In this document: positions 53,471 through 64,000 of the stretch, piece by piece
Position numbering within the stretch: the first letter of the stretch is position 1
How the letters are laid out: every line of letters starts with the position of its first letter
DNA from: Saccostrea echinata
Lineage: Eukaryota
Assembly: GCF_033153115.1 (NCBI RefSeq)
Contig: NW_026889752.1
Location: 3,410,001-3,474,000 of the forward strand
DNA length: 64,000 bases
Direction of reading: 5' to 3'
Notes under the pieces: model-generated
Databases searched by the model: none
What the model saw: the letters and a program-made list of their open reading frames with translations, nothing else
Told to the model about the DNA's origin: nothing
Translations under genes and position numbers: made by a program

Positions 53471-56113
53471 ATGAAAGTGTATCACTGGCTGTTGTTTGTG
53501 TGTTTTTATTTCTTTCAGTGGATATTAGTGGTTACAGATAGAGCGTACTTATGTGATGTATGCAAGTGTACCAGATTTAAATTTAAACAAGGATTGAAAA
53601 TTGATTGTAGTAATCGATTGAGCAAGGGATATAAAATTACTTCACTTCCAGAAGAGACAGTATGGATAGATTTAAGTGACAATAACATAAAGGGAATACA
53701 ATGGAGATTTCCAAAGAAAATCAAATTTATCAATTTGTCAAGAAACAATATTTCAGCTCTCCCTGGTAATCCATTCAGTGGACTTGAAGTTTTAAGATAT
53801 TTAAATCTCGAACAGAATAATCTCACACTCTCAGAATCAATCTATTACCAGGACGTATTTCTTTCTCTGCGAAGTTTAGAAACATTGAATATTAAGAGGA
53901 ACGCAAAAGCTAACGTGAATTCAAATTCTATTGATAGAGCTTTTTCCAGGCTTGTTTCTTTGAAAATACTTAAAATAGACATACCTTATAATTTTACTTT
54001 TGGCGATGGATTCAGAAATCTTCGGAACCTTTCTGTCCTTGACACATCAGGAATAACAGGTATTTGCAATATTAGACGTTTATCAGCAGATTTCTTCAAA
54101 AACATACCTTTTCTGAAGGATATCGATATAAGTAAATGCAAAATTTCTTATGTTGATAAAGGGCCCTTCAAACTGCTTCGGCACTTGAAAAAACTCGATA
54201 TTTCTCACAATAAGGAATTAGGATTTGTCTCTCTCCCAAATGCAACCTTTGGTCTGAGCGAAACATCAATCACAGTTTTTCATGCAGACAATATCCATTG
54301 TTCACTTGGTATTGGAACAATGTTATCAATTTCCCATATCGAGAACTTGCGTCAAACAAAACTTGTTGAGGCTTCTTTTGCACAGAATAGGATGGAATTA
54401 ATTGGAAAAGGTGTTTTGCCAAATATGCCTTCAACATTGGAGAAACTATCTTTCGCCTTAAACCGACTCACAACAGGAATATATCTATTTGAATTTTTCT
54501 CTCTGCGTAAATTGAAAGAATATAACATGACATTACTTTTGAAACCTGTAAGATTTTATCCGGATCTTTTTGAGAAATGCAACGAAAAGAAAGATTTTAA
54601 AATCGCAATTGAGTCTAGAAAAAATAAATACCAACAATATTCAAACGTACAGAAAAACAGACTTTTGCCAAATATAACAGTTTACATTCCTCCAAATCTT
54701 ACAACAATGTATGCTAATTCAAGCAAACTATATGGAGGGATTCCGAAACTAATCATGAATGCAAAAAAATTGAAAAATATCTACTTACAGAACAATTTGC
54801 TCTTTTCATGGGATCAACCTGTGTTTGGGTTTGAGCTTGTCGAAAAACTAGATTTATCAGACAATTTTTGTTCTAGAATATCCCCCCGTTTTACTTCAAG
54901 CGGTACCGGATTAAAGTACTTAAACATTGCAAGAAATTTTTTGTCGCTACCGATTCAAATGGACAGAAGATGCCAATTATTTAAATATCAACGAAAACTA
55001 GAAGAATTCGATCTATCAAACAACAGACTTGTTCACATACCAATCTGTACTTTTCAAAATCTGGCAAAATTAAGAATACTAAAACTTAATCATAACCAAC
55101 TGACCGAAGTAAACTTCAGATTGCGTCACATGACTGATCTTTCTTATATTGATCTCTCCGATAACAGATTAACGGGTTTCACAAATGAAACTTTACATGC
55201 TTTTACTTACATCTTCGAAAAATCAAAAGTAATCATTAACCTACAAAAGAACAACTTGTATTGTAGATGTGAAAATTTAGAATTCTTGACATGGTTGTAT
55301 AATAACAGAATGCATTTCTTAGGTTTTCAAAAGTATACTTGCTCAGATCGTACCAGTCATTTCGATTTTAAATACATGGAACAATCTCTCCAAAAACTCA
55401 AACTTGACTGTATGAATTTTAACATTTGGATTGTAACAATAACTGTTCTGATTACTCTAGTAATTAGTGTCATACTTGTGATAATCATTCGGAAAAACAT
55501 CTGGCACATAAGGTACTTCCTGTATAAAAGTAAACGACAAAATGAAAGTTTTACCTCATCTAAACGAGTTGAGGAATCATCTAATCTGCTATCAAAACCC
55601 GATTTGCTGGGGTCAATAGTTGATGAAAGCTTTGAAGAAATCAGTCACTGTGGAATGAAGCAAGAAAAATTACAATATCCTTACCATGCATTTATATCTT
55701 ATGTAGGCGAGAATAGGGGATTCGTATTCCAGAAGATGAAACCGAAACTGGAAGCTAAAGGTTTAAGGTTACTAATTCGTGATATTCACTTCGAAATCGG
55801 TAATTCTAAAATTGATAACATCATGAAAGCAATTGGTCGGAGTAAAAGAACTGTTTGTGTGGTGTCGAAAGCGTATCTGAAATCAAAATGGCGAACATAT
55901 GAATTAAACATGGCGAAAATGGAAGGTTTAAAGGAAAGAGGATCCCTCGGATATGTCCATCTTATTTTAATGCCTGATTTGTTTGAAGGAGGTTGTGACA
56001 CAGCTATAAAAGATTTTATTGACAAAAAATATTTTCTTGACTATCCACCGGAAGATTCATCACTGCAGAGGGAATTCTGGCAAAATCTTACTCGTATTAT
56101 CAAGAACTCATGA
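53471..56113 (+). CDS. Toll-like receptor TLR-D (intronless, about 880 aa)
   Basis: ATG at 53471 (the track starts at TTG 53465). Signal peptide, CDVCKC, LRRs, NNLYCRC, TM (IWIVTITVLITLVISVILVIII), and TIR (YHAFISY, RDIHFEIG, WRTYEL, FW). Confidence 0.95.
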   Translation: MKVYHWLLFVCFYFFQWILVVTDRAYLCDVCKCTRFKFKQGLKIDCSNRLSKGYKITSLPEETVWIDLSDNNIKGIQWRFPKKIKFINLSRNNISALPGNPFSGLEVLRYLNLEQNNLTLSESIYYQDVFLSLRSLETLNIKRNAKANVNSNSIDRAFSRLVSLKILKIDIPYNFTFGDGFRNLRNLSVLDTSGITGICNIRRLSADFFKNIPFLKDIDISKCKISYVDKGPFKLLRHLKKLDISHNKELGFVSLPNATFGLSETSITVFHADNIHCSLGIGTMLSISHIENLRQTKLVEASFAQNRMELIGKGVLPNMPSTLEKLSFALNRLTTGIYLFEFFSLRKLKEYNMTLLLKPVRFYPDLFEKCNEKKDFKIAIESRKNKYQQYSNVQKNRLLPNITVYIPPNLTTMYANSSKLYGGIPKLIMNAKKLKNIYLQNNLLFSWDQPVFGFELVEKLDLSDNFCSRISPRFTSSGTGLKYLNIARNFLSLPIQMDRRCQLFKYQRKLEEFDLSNNRLVHIPICTFQNLAKLRILKLNHNQLTEVNFRLRHMTDLSYIDLSDNRLTGFTNETLHAFTYIFEKSKVIINLQKNNLYCRCENLEFLTWLYNNRMHFLGFQKYTCSDRTSHFDFKYMEQSLQKLKLDCMNFNIWIVTITVLITLVISVILVIIIRKNIWHIRYFLYKSKRQNESFTSSKRVEESSNLLSKPDLLGSIVDESFEEISHCGMKQEKLQYPYHAFISYVGENRGFVFQKMKPKLEAKGLRLLIRDIHFEIGNSKIDNIMKAIGRSKRTVCVVSKAYLKSKWRTYELNMAKMEGLKERGSLGYVHLILMPDLFEGGCDTAIKDFIDKKYFLDYPPEDSSLQREFWQNLTRIIKNS

Positions 56114-56829
56114 CAATAGAATAACATTGAAGCATATTGTGCGGATCAAATTCAAATCATGATCTCGGGAAAGAGTGTTCTACATAAATAAATCACGTAC
56201 AACACTTAAAAAAGCTTCAAATTTTATTTGATTTAGATTAAAACCGTTCATGTTTGTATATCCTATCTCAGACTTTAAATTTTGAAAGATAAATATTTGC
56301 TTGTATTAAATGCATAAAACGTCTGTGTTCAAAGTTTTTTTCTGGATCATTTAATCGTCTTACGCGTTCTAAAAATGTCATGTACATACCATGCATATAA
56401 GTATTTTAATATTTCATTTATATGTGGCTTTAAGATTATTGACATCGTTTCAAAGACATAAATAACCACAATAAAAATACATCAATACAATTATTTTTTT
56501 AAATGTATATCCTTGTAGAAAATAAATAAATGCAAGGAATGTGTTTTTAGTTTTACTCTGTTAAGTTCTAATTATATCACATAGTTGATTACTATATGCT
56601 GATAAAACATGATAGCGCAATCGTGAACGTGTAAAATGTTGTACAATACGCAGCACTAGTAAGACATACTATGAAGAAATCAACGGAATATAGATCTACA
56701 CAAATAGATGCCTTATTTAACTGAATTTATTATTTTTTTTGACGTTATCATATTATTACATGACTCTTATATTAACTGGGATAACAGAGTATACTACATT
56801 TTGTATTGAATTTAGATTGGTCAGCTGAT

Positions 56830-57690
56830 TTGACGGTCACGTGATAAATTCACCTAATGTGTTCTGCATGGAAGTCCTAAAGACATTTCTATATCACAAG
56901 GGCATACCTTAGTTAAAATTAAAAATATAAGTGACAAATAGTTTCTACATATCGTGTAGTTTCTGGAAAGTGTTGCTGTTTTAAATACAATTTCCATTTA
57001 TTAGTTTAAATTTCAAGTAATTTTACTTAAGTTGAAATATGTGTGACCTTTGCCAAGTATTTTAAGAATTTATTTAGTAGTGCTCTCTATTTCAGTAAAG
57101 CAGTAACACTTTTAAAGTTTATGAAATTTTTCCTTTACATGTATGTGTATTTAAAAAAAAAATGATCAAGATCTATTAAGCGTATACCCTTGCAGAAAGG
57201 TGATTTAATGAGTCACCTCGAATTTAAACATGCCAACTTTGTACACTAAAACACGGAATAATTCATGCAATACATTCTCCTGAAAATCATTGAATAATGT
57301 CACTAAAGAAATGTTTCACATTGGTATTAATGATGTATCTTTCATCTGTAAATAATATTCTGTTTAATTAAAAATGCATTTTTAACTGCGGATAAAAAAT
57401 TGATCCGCCTCCCACTGCACATAAAATGGATCAAGTTTTACCACGATGACGTCATGTGGATCAGTGACTTGTTTATACCTTGTTGTGTGGCATTTGACTA
57501 ACGACAAAAATGAATGCAATGGTAGGTTTTGTTGTAGTTCATTACTCGTACACAGTTAAAATCGCAAATTATTTCATTTCCTGGTATTTGAGGAATTCCT
57601 TTTTTGTGTGATGTCACAGTAAACATTTCCTGTATAAATTAAGCCCCACTCCCTTTTTGCAGCCTCAACAGTGCTGCGTAACCACTTATG
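56830..57690 (-). mobile_element. Diverged inverted fragment of the element family at 37957-39657
   Basis: Reverse-complement matches, for example ttgatccgcctcccactgca (57400) against tgcagtgagaggcggatcaa (38548), and tttttgtgtgatgtca (57601) against tgacatcacacaaaaa (38335). Confidence 0.7.
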
Positions 57691-58259
57691 CTAGGATCTC
57701 ATTTATATGAGATATTAATATGTGAGAAACATTTAATAATTTTCGACATTTAATTGTGAAAGAAAATTTTAAATGTAAAAATAACTTCCTTAGTAGGAAA
57801 TGGACATAGTGCGTATTTTATAGCAAAATCATTTTAATTACGATAAAATATAGAGAAAAAAAAACATTATATTCCGTTTGCACTTTTTCTTCAAAAACCT
57901 TTTACTAGCCTCCCTCTATGTACCAAACAGTATAAAAGTACATGTTTTTATAATTACATATGTTTGTAATCATAAAATAAGGAGTAACATACATTCTTAA
58001 ACAAAAATCCGACTTTTGATTAAAAATGCAAATATATTTGTAATGGGTATATGAAATCTACAATGAATAGAAATACATATCTGTAGTTGACTATAACAAT
58101 TCCTGAATACCTTATTACTGTGCATGACTTCATATTTGTCTAAAATATGAATCATTTTTTTAAAAGCAGTTATTAATTGTCTCAAAATGATATGAAACGT
58201 AAATAGGTAGATTTGTTTTTTAATGATCTCTTTCACTCAAATTCCGCTAGTTTTCAATA

Positions 58260-58710
58260 CTTGTCCCCTCTTTCACTGAAAATGGGGGATATTAATTTCT
58301 GTCCCCCTGTCCATCTGTATTTCTGTTTGTCTCTAACACTTTCGTTTCCGCACTTCTCGAGAAGCCTTTGAGCTTTTGCAATGAAATTTTACATAACAAC
58401 TTCCTATGGCCTAAAGAAGAACCCTATTGAATTTAGGTCAAAAGTCAAAGGTCAAGGTCAAACATTCATAAATTCTGTCTGTTTTAACACTTTCGTTTCC
58501 GCTCGATATCTCGAGAAGCCTTTAAGCTTTTGCCATGAAATTTTACATACTAATTAGCTGTGGCCTAAGGAAAACCCAATTGATTTTGAGGTGAAAAGGT
58601 CAAAGGTCAAGATCATATATTCTGTCTGTGTGTAACACTCGTTTCCGGGCGATATCTCAAGAAGCTTTTGAGCTTTTGCAATGAAATTTTATACCATTAA
58701 TCCCTATGGC
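58260..58710. mobile_element. Short Helentron-like fragment with three repeats of about 150 bp
   Basis: A terminal hairpin (tcccctc...gggggat) and ctgtc/gtcc-like tract, then aacact..cgtttccg...gaagc.ttt.agcttttgc.atgaaatttta at about 58335, 58486 and 58634. Confidence 0.6.
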
Positions 58711-59849
58711 CTCTCTCGCCTCTCTTTTAAAGTATCCCACCCTGTTTTTTTTTTTTTTTTTTATTGTATTAAAAGTCCCGTGTCATTATTTTTAGCACAG
58801 GGGTATGTGGAAAGTTATTTCATATAAAACAGGTTGTCGGCGGACATTAATTTCTAATTACATTTATTAGAACTGCTTTATAAAGGCTTTATTAGACACC
58901 ATGTGTTTTGTAAAACTTTGACAATATTGAACGTGAATATAAACATGTACATGCGACCTAATGTTTGCATTTAATTTGCTTCATGATCAAGCGCCTTGTT
59001 GGTCTAGGGGTACGAGGGGTGATCTTTGAAATCCCGCAAAAATGAAATATCCTTAATATTCAAATTATGAATTGTTCCAGCGTCACATATATAAGTGCGT
59101 TAAAGGTGAGTTATGCATGTGTGCATAAAGGACACAGGCGGATTTGAAAGATGGAAACTCTGTCTCAGTGAGAAAATGGATTATCTGTAAAAATCTATTC
59201 AAAAAAAAAAAAAAAAAACTTAAAAGAGCTAGAAATGTAGGACATAAAAAGAGATAGGCTCTTCACAGTTGCGTATCTTATGAAAGCATGCACAGTAACG
59301 CGGAAAAAATAAAACATTGACAAACGAAATTATGCTACTGGAACAATTGTTAGCAAAATTCATTTCAAGCGAGAGAGAAACGTTTTTAAATGCGTGGGTA
59401 TCGGGCAAGGCAGCGTGAAATTTGTAGGGAGAGTATTTTTGAGAAATTCATGACGCTATGTTTTTAACGTTACAATATTTTTAACTGTGCTCTGTTGTTG
59501 AAACAACACATGTTGATTTAAGAATTAAGTAACATGATTTCTACTGAATAATACTGAATGAAACTTTAAACATCAACAAAAGGGATGTTTTTACATATGA
59601 TAATGGGCTCGATTTAAATTTCTTAAAATAGTAAGTCGAAGAATGACATGGTATGTACGTGAATTTTTCGAAGAGTCCACGTATACGCAAATTTTGGAAA
59701 GTAGGCTTTATGTTTAGTCCATCTGTGCAGCTTAAAGATAAAGAAATGAGAACTTGGATTTACAGTGTTCAGGATAAAAAGAAAATACAGTTTGTTTTAA
59801 TTGCCAACTGAATTTTTTTTTGTGTGTGATACCTGTTTTGTGATTTTAT

Positions 59850-60372
59850 TCATATATTTTCCGTACATTCCCTAGTCAAGTGATACTGCTGTACATTTGT
59901 ATGCGGATTCATCGGTAGATATATAATAGAAGGATGACAACGGATGATGACAAGCTTTTATGTAACAAGTACTAATATATTTTGAAAGTGCTGCGAACCT
60001 GATGAAATCTTGCAAATGAATTGATTATTTCTATTTTAAATATAATTGACCAGCAAATATACATCATGCAGTATAGCAAACGTAATCTTAGCAATTACAT
60101 ACATATAGTAGAATCTATATAGGCTCGCAGCACTTTTCATAAGAATCTTCAAAATATTTTTGAATTAAACTTAGATTTTTTAACTTGGTTATGCCCTTGG
60201 AATATTGGGATTTATAGATGATCTCAATAGTCCTCAACATGTAGTTTTCAACCAAATTACATTTGTCCGATATTTTGTAAAGTACTAAATAGAATCGCCC
60301 ACCCGTGTAAAGAATGTATTTTTTATCTTAAAAATTGACGATAATTCCAATTTGCACCTTAAGTGTACTGCC
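59850..60372 (+). mobile_element. Direct-orientation fragment of the element family at 37957-39657
   Basis: Collinear with 38675-39290: ccgtacattccctag, aaagtgctgcgaacctg, aaacttagatttttaacttggttatgccctt, gcaccttaa. Confidence 0.75.
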
Positions 60373-61108
60373 ATTTTTTTAAAAATTAAGTCCTGTTTCT
60401 GATAAAAATGATAAATGGTCTGTGTTTTTCACCAACAAAAGGAAAATATTTACACCGTGTTTATCCTTGCATTATCTAATCCAAAAATAGAAATATACGA
60501 CACTTTTTGAACATTTTTTTAAAGCACCTGTTCTTATCAGGATCAATACGTTTGGATATGAATAAGACTGCATTACAGACTTAGACACTTGAAGGATAGG
60601 ATAGAATGAAAAAAGAGAATGTCTAAGATGATTTTGATTCAAATATTACGATGGTCTATGCGAATAGCCCCTGAATTGGAATACATGTATATACATGTGC
60701 ATAAAGTGTACCTCGAACCAATTTACCCTTTAAAAAGCGTCTATGGGGTGAACGTCGCTCCTTTGTGCAAATATGAAAAGATTTGTTTGGTATTTAACTG
60801 TGTTTTTGCCTTTTGACATATTAATGAATTATTTGTATTTCAACACAGATTTTAACTTGTATACACAAAAGTATTATGGAAAAAGAAAGAAAGGTATTTA
60901 TTCGAATAGCCTAGCTTCTAAATTAATTTTCGCACCCGGAAAAATTTCGTTTTTTGTGTGACATGTGGAAATGTAAATAAGACTTCCATGTACATGCAAG
61001 TGTAAAGTAAGTACATTTTATTTCCGTATATCTACCTGAAAATCAGAGAACTTTTAATTCATAGAAATTACTTTTGTGTTTCTTATAATTCACTGTGATT
61101 TAGCCAAA

Positions 61109-63742
61109 ATGACGTTTCATCACTGGCAATTACTTTTGTGGTTCTATGTATGTCACCGGGCAATGACGTTTACAAAGATTCCAAACCTATGTGTTACCTG
61201 TACTTGTACAAATTTAAGGGAAGGGTTAAAATTAGATTGCAGTGCACGCTTTGACAGGGATTTGAATATATCTTCCTTTCCAAATGACACCTTCTGGATC
61301 GATCTGAGTAAAAACAAAATAGAAGAGATAAAATGGAGATTTCCGAGAAAAATTAGATATATTGACTTGTCACGGAACAAAATTTCATCACTCACTCAAA
61401 CACCATTCCGGGAACTACGGTTTCTACAATTTCTTAATCTTGAACGAAATGATATCGTGCTTAATGAATCCAATTATTATCCAAAATTATTTTTACATCT
61501 TCAGCGTTTGGAACTTTTGAATATCAAAAATAATTCAAATACCGGTGATTTGAACATTGATAAAACCTTCTCCAAACTCAGCGCTCTAAGGACACTGAAG
61601 ATGGATTTACCTTTTAATTTCACTTTTGGAAATCAATTTAAGTTATTAAAGAATCTGTCTCGACTCGATGTATCAGGTATAACAGGACACTGCGACGTCA
61701 GAAGGATTTCTAGAAATTTCTTTGAAAACACACCATTTTTGAAAGAAATTGATATTAGTAATTGCAAAATATCACATTTTGACAAAGGTCCCTTCAAAGT
61801 TCTTCGACAGTTGAAAAAACTTGATATTTCTCATAATAAAGAATTAGGATTTGCATTTCTTCCCAACGTAACCTATGGATTGAATGGGACTAACATAACA
61901 ACTTTTCATGCAGACAGCATTCATTGCCAAATTGGAAAAGGAACACTGCTTACTTTATCACATATTCAGTACCTGTGCCAAACAAAACTAACTGAGGCGT
62001 CTTTTGCAAACAATAGAATAGAGCTAATAGAAAAAGGAGTTTTGCCAAATATGCCAACAACGCTGGAGAAACTATCTTTTGCTGCAAATAGACTTACAAC
62101 AGGAAGATATCTCTTTGAGTTCCACACTTTGTATAATTTGAGGGAATATAACATGACCTTGTTCCTTCATCAGGAAAATTTCGCTTCCTTTTCTGAAAAA
62201 TGTGACGAGAAAAGCGACGCCTTTACGACAAATCTGTCAATAAAGCACGAAGATATAAGAAGTAAGCGGCTTGAAGGTAAGAACAGAATTAATATCACTA
62301 TATATCTACCAAAAAATCTGGAAACAATCTATGCAAATTCTAGTAAATTGTACGGACGATTCCCAAAATGTAACTTGAATGCAAGCGGAATAAAGAATGT
62401 CTATCTACAAGACAATTTTCTTTTTGCATGGAACCAACCCGTATTTGGCGTAGAGAGTGTTGAAAGGCTGGATCTATCAAACAATTTATGCACTGATATT
62501 TCTCCGCTGTTTACTGCCAGTCTTGTTCGAGTTAAATACCTAAATCTTGCAAAAAACATGTTAGGACGAGCTTTACGGTTAGACAATAAATGTCAAATAT
62601 TCCAAAATCAAAGAAACGTTGAAGAACTAGACATATCAGGAAACCAGCTTGTAGAGTTACCATTTTGTACATTTCAAAACTTGCTGAAAATGAGAATACT
62701 ACGGCTTGATAACAACCAGATAACTAATGTAAGCTTTGGAATTCGTCATATGGTCAATCTTTCTTACGTTGATTTTTCCGACAATCGATTAACAGCACTA
62801 TCGGACGAAACTATGACGTCATTAAAACTGATTTTTAAAAAGTCAAAAGTATTGATCAACCTTAGCTACAACAAGCTTCAGTGTACTTGCCAGAATCTAG
62901 CTTTTCTTGCCTGGATGAATGAACACAAGAATCATTTTGTTCACATAGAACAGTACATTTGCTCCAATCGGAATACTCAGTTTGATTTTAGGGAAATGGA
63001 AAAATCTCTTCTTATTCTTCGTATGAACTGTATTAATTTCGATATTCTGAATGTAACAGCCACTGCTTTTATAACTCTCTTTTTATGTTTGGCACTTGTA
63101 CTCATTATTAGGAAATATATTTGGCATATAAGGTACTTCATTCATAAAACTAAGCAAAAGCACAATTTTGAGATTCGTTTATCTGGAATGGACCCTGAAC
63201 CTTTGCTGATGAATAAAAATTTGCCGAATCTGAACATACAGGACTTATCTGAAGATTCCATGAACACTCTGTGTGACAGAAAACAAAGTGCAAACCAATA
63301 TTTCTATGATGCATTCATATCCTATGTTGGTGCAGACAGAGATTTCGTCTTTCAAAAGGTAAAACCTTTACTTGAATCTCACAACATAAATGTATGTATT
63401 CGTGACATTCACTTTGAACTTGGTAATGGAAAAATTGAAAATATCATGAAAGCTATCGGGGGAAGTAGGAGAACAATCTGTATTGTATCCAAAGCGTATA
63501 TGAGATCCAGATGGAGAACGTATGAACTGAATATGGCAAAAATGGAAGGTATCAAAGCGCGAGATTCTCTGGGATTTGTCCATCTTGTCCTTATGCCTGA
63601 CCTTTTTCATGGTGTTTGTAATACAAATATCAAGGATTTAATAGACAGGAAATATTATCTCGATTACCCCCCGGATGGCTCTGCTTTACAGGAGGAATTC
63701 TGGAAGAAGTTGGTTAATATTATTAAAAGCCCCTATTTGTGA
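61109..63742 (+). CDS. Toll-like receptor TLR-E (intronless, about 877 aa)
   Basis: ATG at 61109 (the track starts at GTG 61076). Signal peptide, CVTCTC, LRRs, NKLQCTC, TM (ILNVTATAFITLFLCLALVLII), and TIR (YDAFISY, RDIHFELG, WRTYEL, FW). Confidence 0.95.
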   Translation: MTFHHWQLLLWFYVCHRAMTFTKIPNLCVTCTCTNLREGLKLDCSARFDRDLNISSFPNDTFWIDLSKNKIEEIKWRFPRKIRYIDLSRNKISSLTQTPFRELRFLQFLNLERNDIVLNESNYYPKLFLHLQRLELLNIKNNSNTGDLNIDKTFSKLSALRTLKMDLPFNFTFGNQFKLLKNLSRLDVSGITGHCDVRRISRNFFENTPFLKEIDISNCKISHFDKGPFKVLRQLKKLDISHNKELGFAFLPNVTYGLNGTNITTFHADSIHCQIGKGTLLTLSHIQYLCQTKLTEASFANNRIELIEKGVLPNMPTTLEKLSFAANRLTTGRYLFEFHTLYNLREYNMTLFLHQENFASFSEKCDEKSDAFTTNLSIKHEDIRSKRLEGKNRINITIYLPKNLETIYANSSKLYGRFPKCNLNASGIKNVYLQDNFLFAWNQPVFGVESVERLDLSNNLCTDISPLFTASLVRVKYLNLAKNMLGRALRLDNKCQIFQNQRNVEELDISGNQLVELPFCTFQNLLKMRILRLDNNQITNVSFGIRHMVNLSYVDFSDNRLTALSDETMTSLKLIFKKSKVLINLSYNKLQCTCQNLAFLAWMNEHKNHFVHIEQYICSNRNTQFDFREMEKSLLILRMNCINFDILNVTATAFITLFLCLALVLIIRKYIWHIRYFIHKTKQKHNFEIRLSGMDPEPLLMNKNLPNLNIQDLSEDSMNTLCDRKQSANQYFYDAFISYVGADRDFVFQKVKPLLESHNINVCIRDIHFELGNGKIENIMKAIGGSRRTICIVSKAYMRSRWRTYELNMAKMEGIKARDSLGFVHLVLMPDLFHGVCNTNIKDLIDRKYYLDYPPDGSALQEEFWKKLVNIIKSPYL

Positions 63743-64000
63743 CTGTGGGCCTTTCAATTTTTGAAATATTAAATTTATTTGAGATGGTTGATGCCCTTGT
63801 TTCATCAACTAATTTATCAGTAACCTGCTTTGGTTTGAAATTGAGAAAGAGAACATTCTCTTGTATGTGAAATTAATCAGGAGATATTAACACCATTTGC
63901 AGGTGATAATTTGCTACAGAAATAAGGGAAAATGACGATAGAAAACATGAAGCCATCACGGTTTCATAACGTTACTTTGCAATCAATGTCTTTGTCTCAA

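Noticed and set aside
35280-63530. Conserved TIR glutamate (WRxYE) as evidence of NADase-type TIR enzymes
   Set aside because: The same glutamate is common in ordinary TLR TIR domains with no demonstrated NADase activity, so it is not diagnostic.
33366-63610. Short antisense ORFs repeated within the TLR genes
   Set aside because: They are shadows of conserved sense-strand coding sequence in paralogues.

Overview
AT-rich, intron-containing animal genomic DNA, most likely from an oyster or other bivalve. This is inferred from the repeat families and the intronless TLR array. From left to right it holds: (1) the last coding exons of TELO2 (+); (2) a 25-coding-exon major vault protein gene (-, 5395-26035, about 850 aa, with part of one exon hidden in an N gap); (3) an intronless, signal-peptide-bearing YtcJ-like amidohydrolase (-); and (4) head-to-head with it, a tandem array of five intronless Toll-like receptors (+), of which four are intact and one is a pseudogene. 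Mobile DNA includes a Helitron/Helentron-type element carrying a 168-bp satellite, TTAA-flanked inverted-repeat elements, a decayed mariner with a nested insertion, a decayed Penelope-like reverse transcriptase and tRNA-derived repeats. The most notable observations are: two inverted copies of a 1-kb element that tightly bracket the four MVP exons encoding the shoulder region (circRNA-favouring geometry); the bacterial-type secreted amidohydrolase paired divergently with the TLR array; loss of the TIR BB-loop proline in four of the five TLR copies; and a hypervariable Z-loop-like insertion in the TLR ectodomains. All exon boundaries were read by hand from GT/AG sites and reading phase. No database searches were run.
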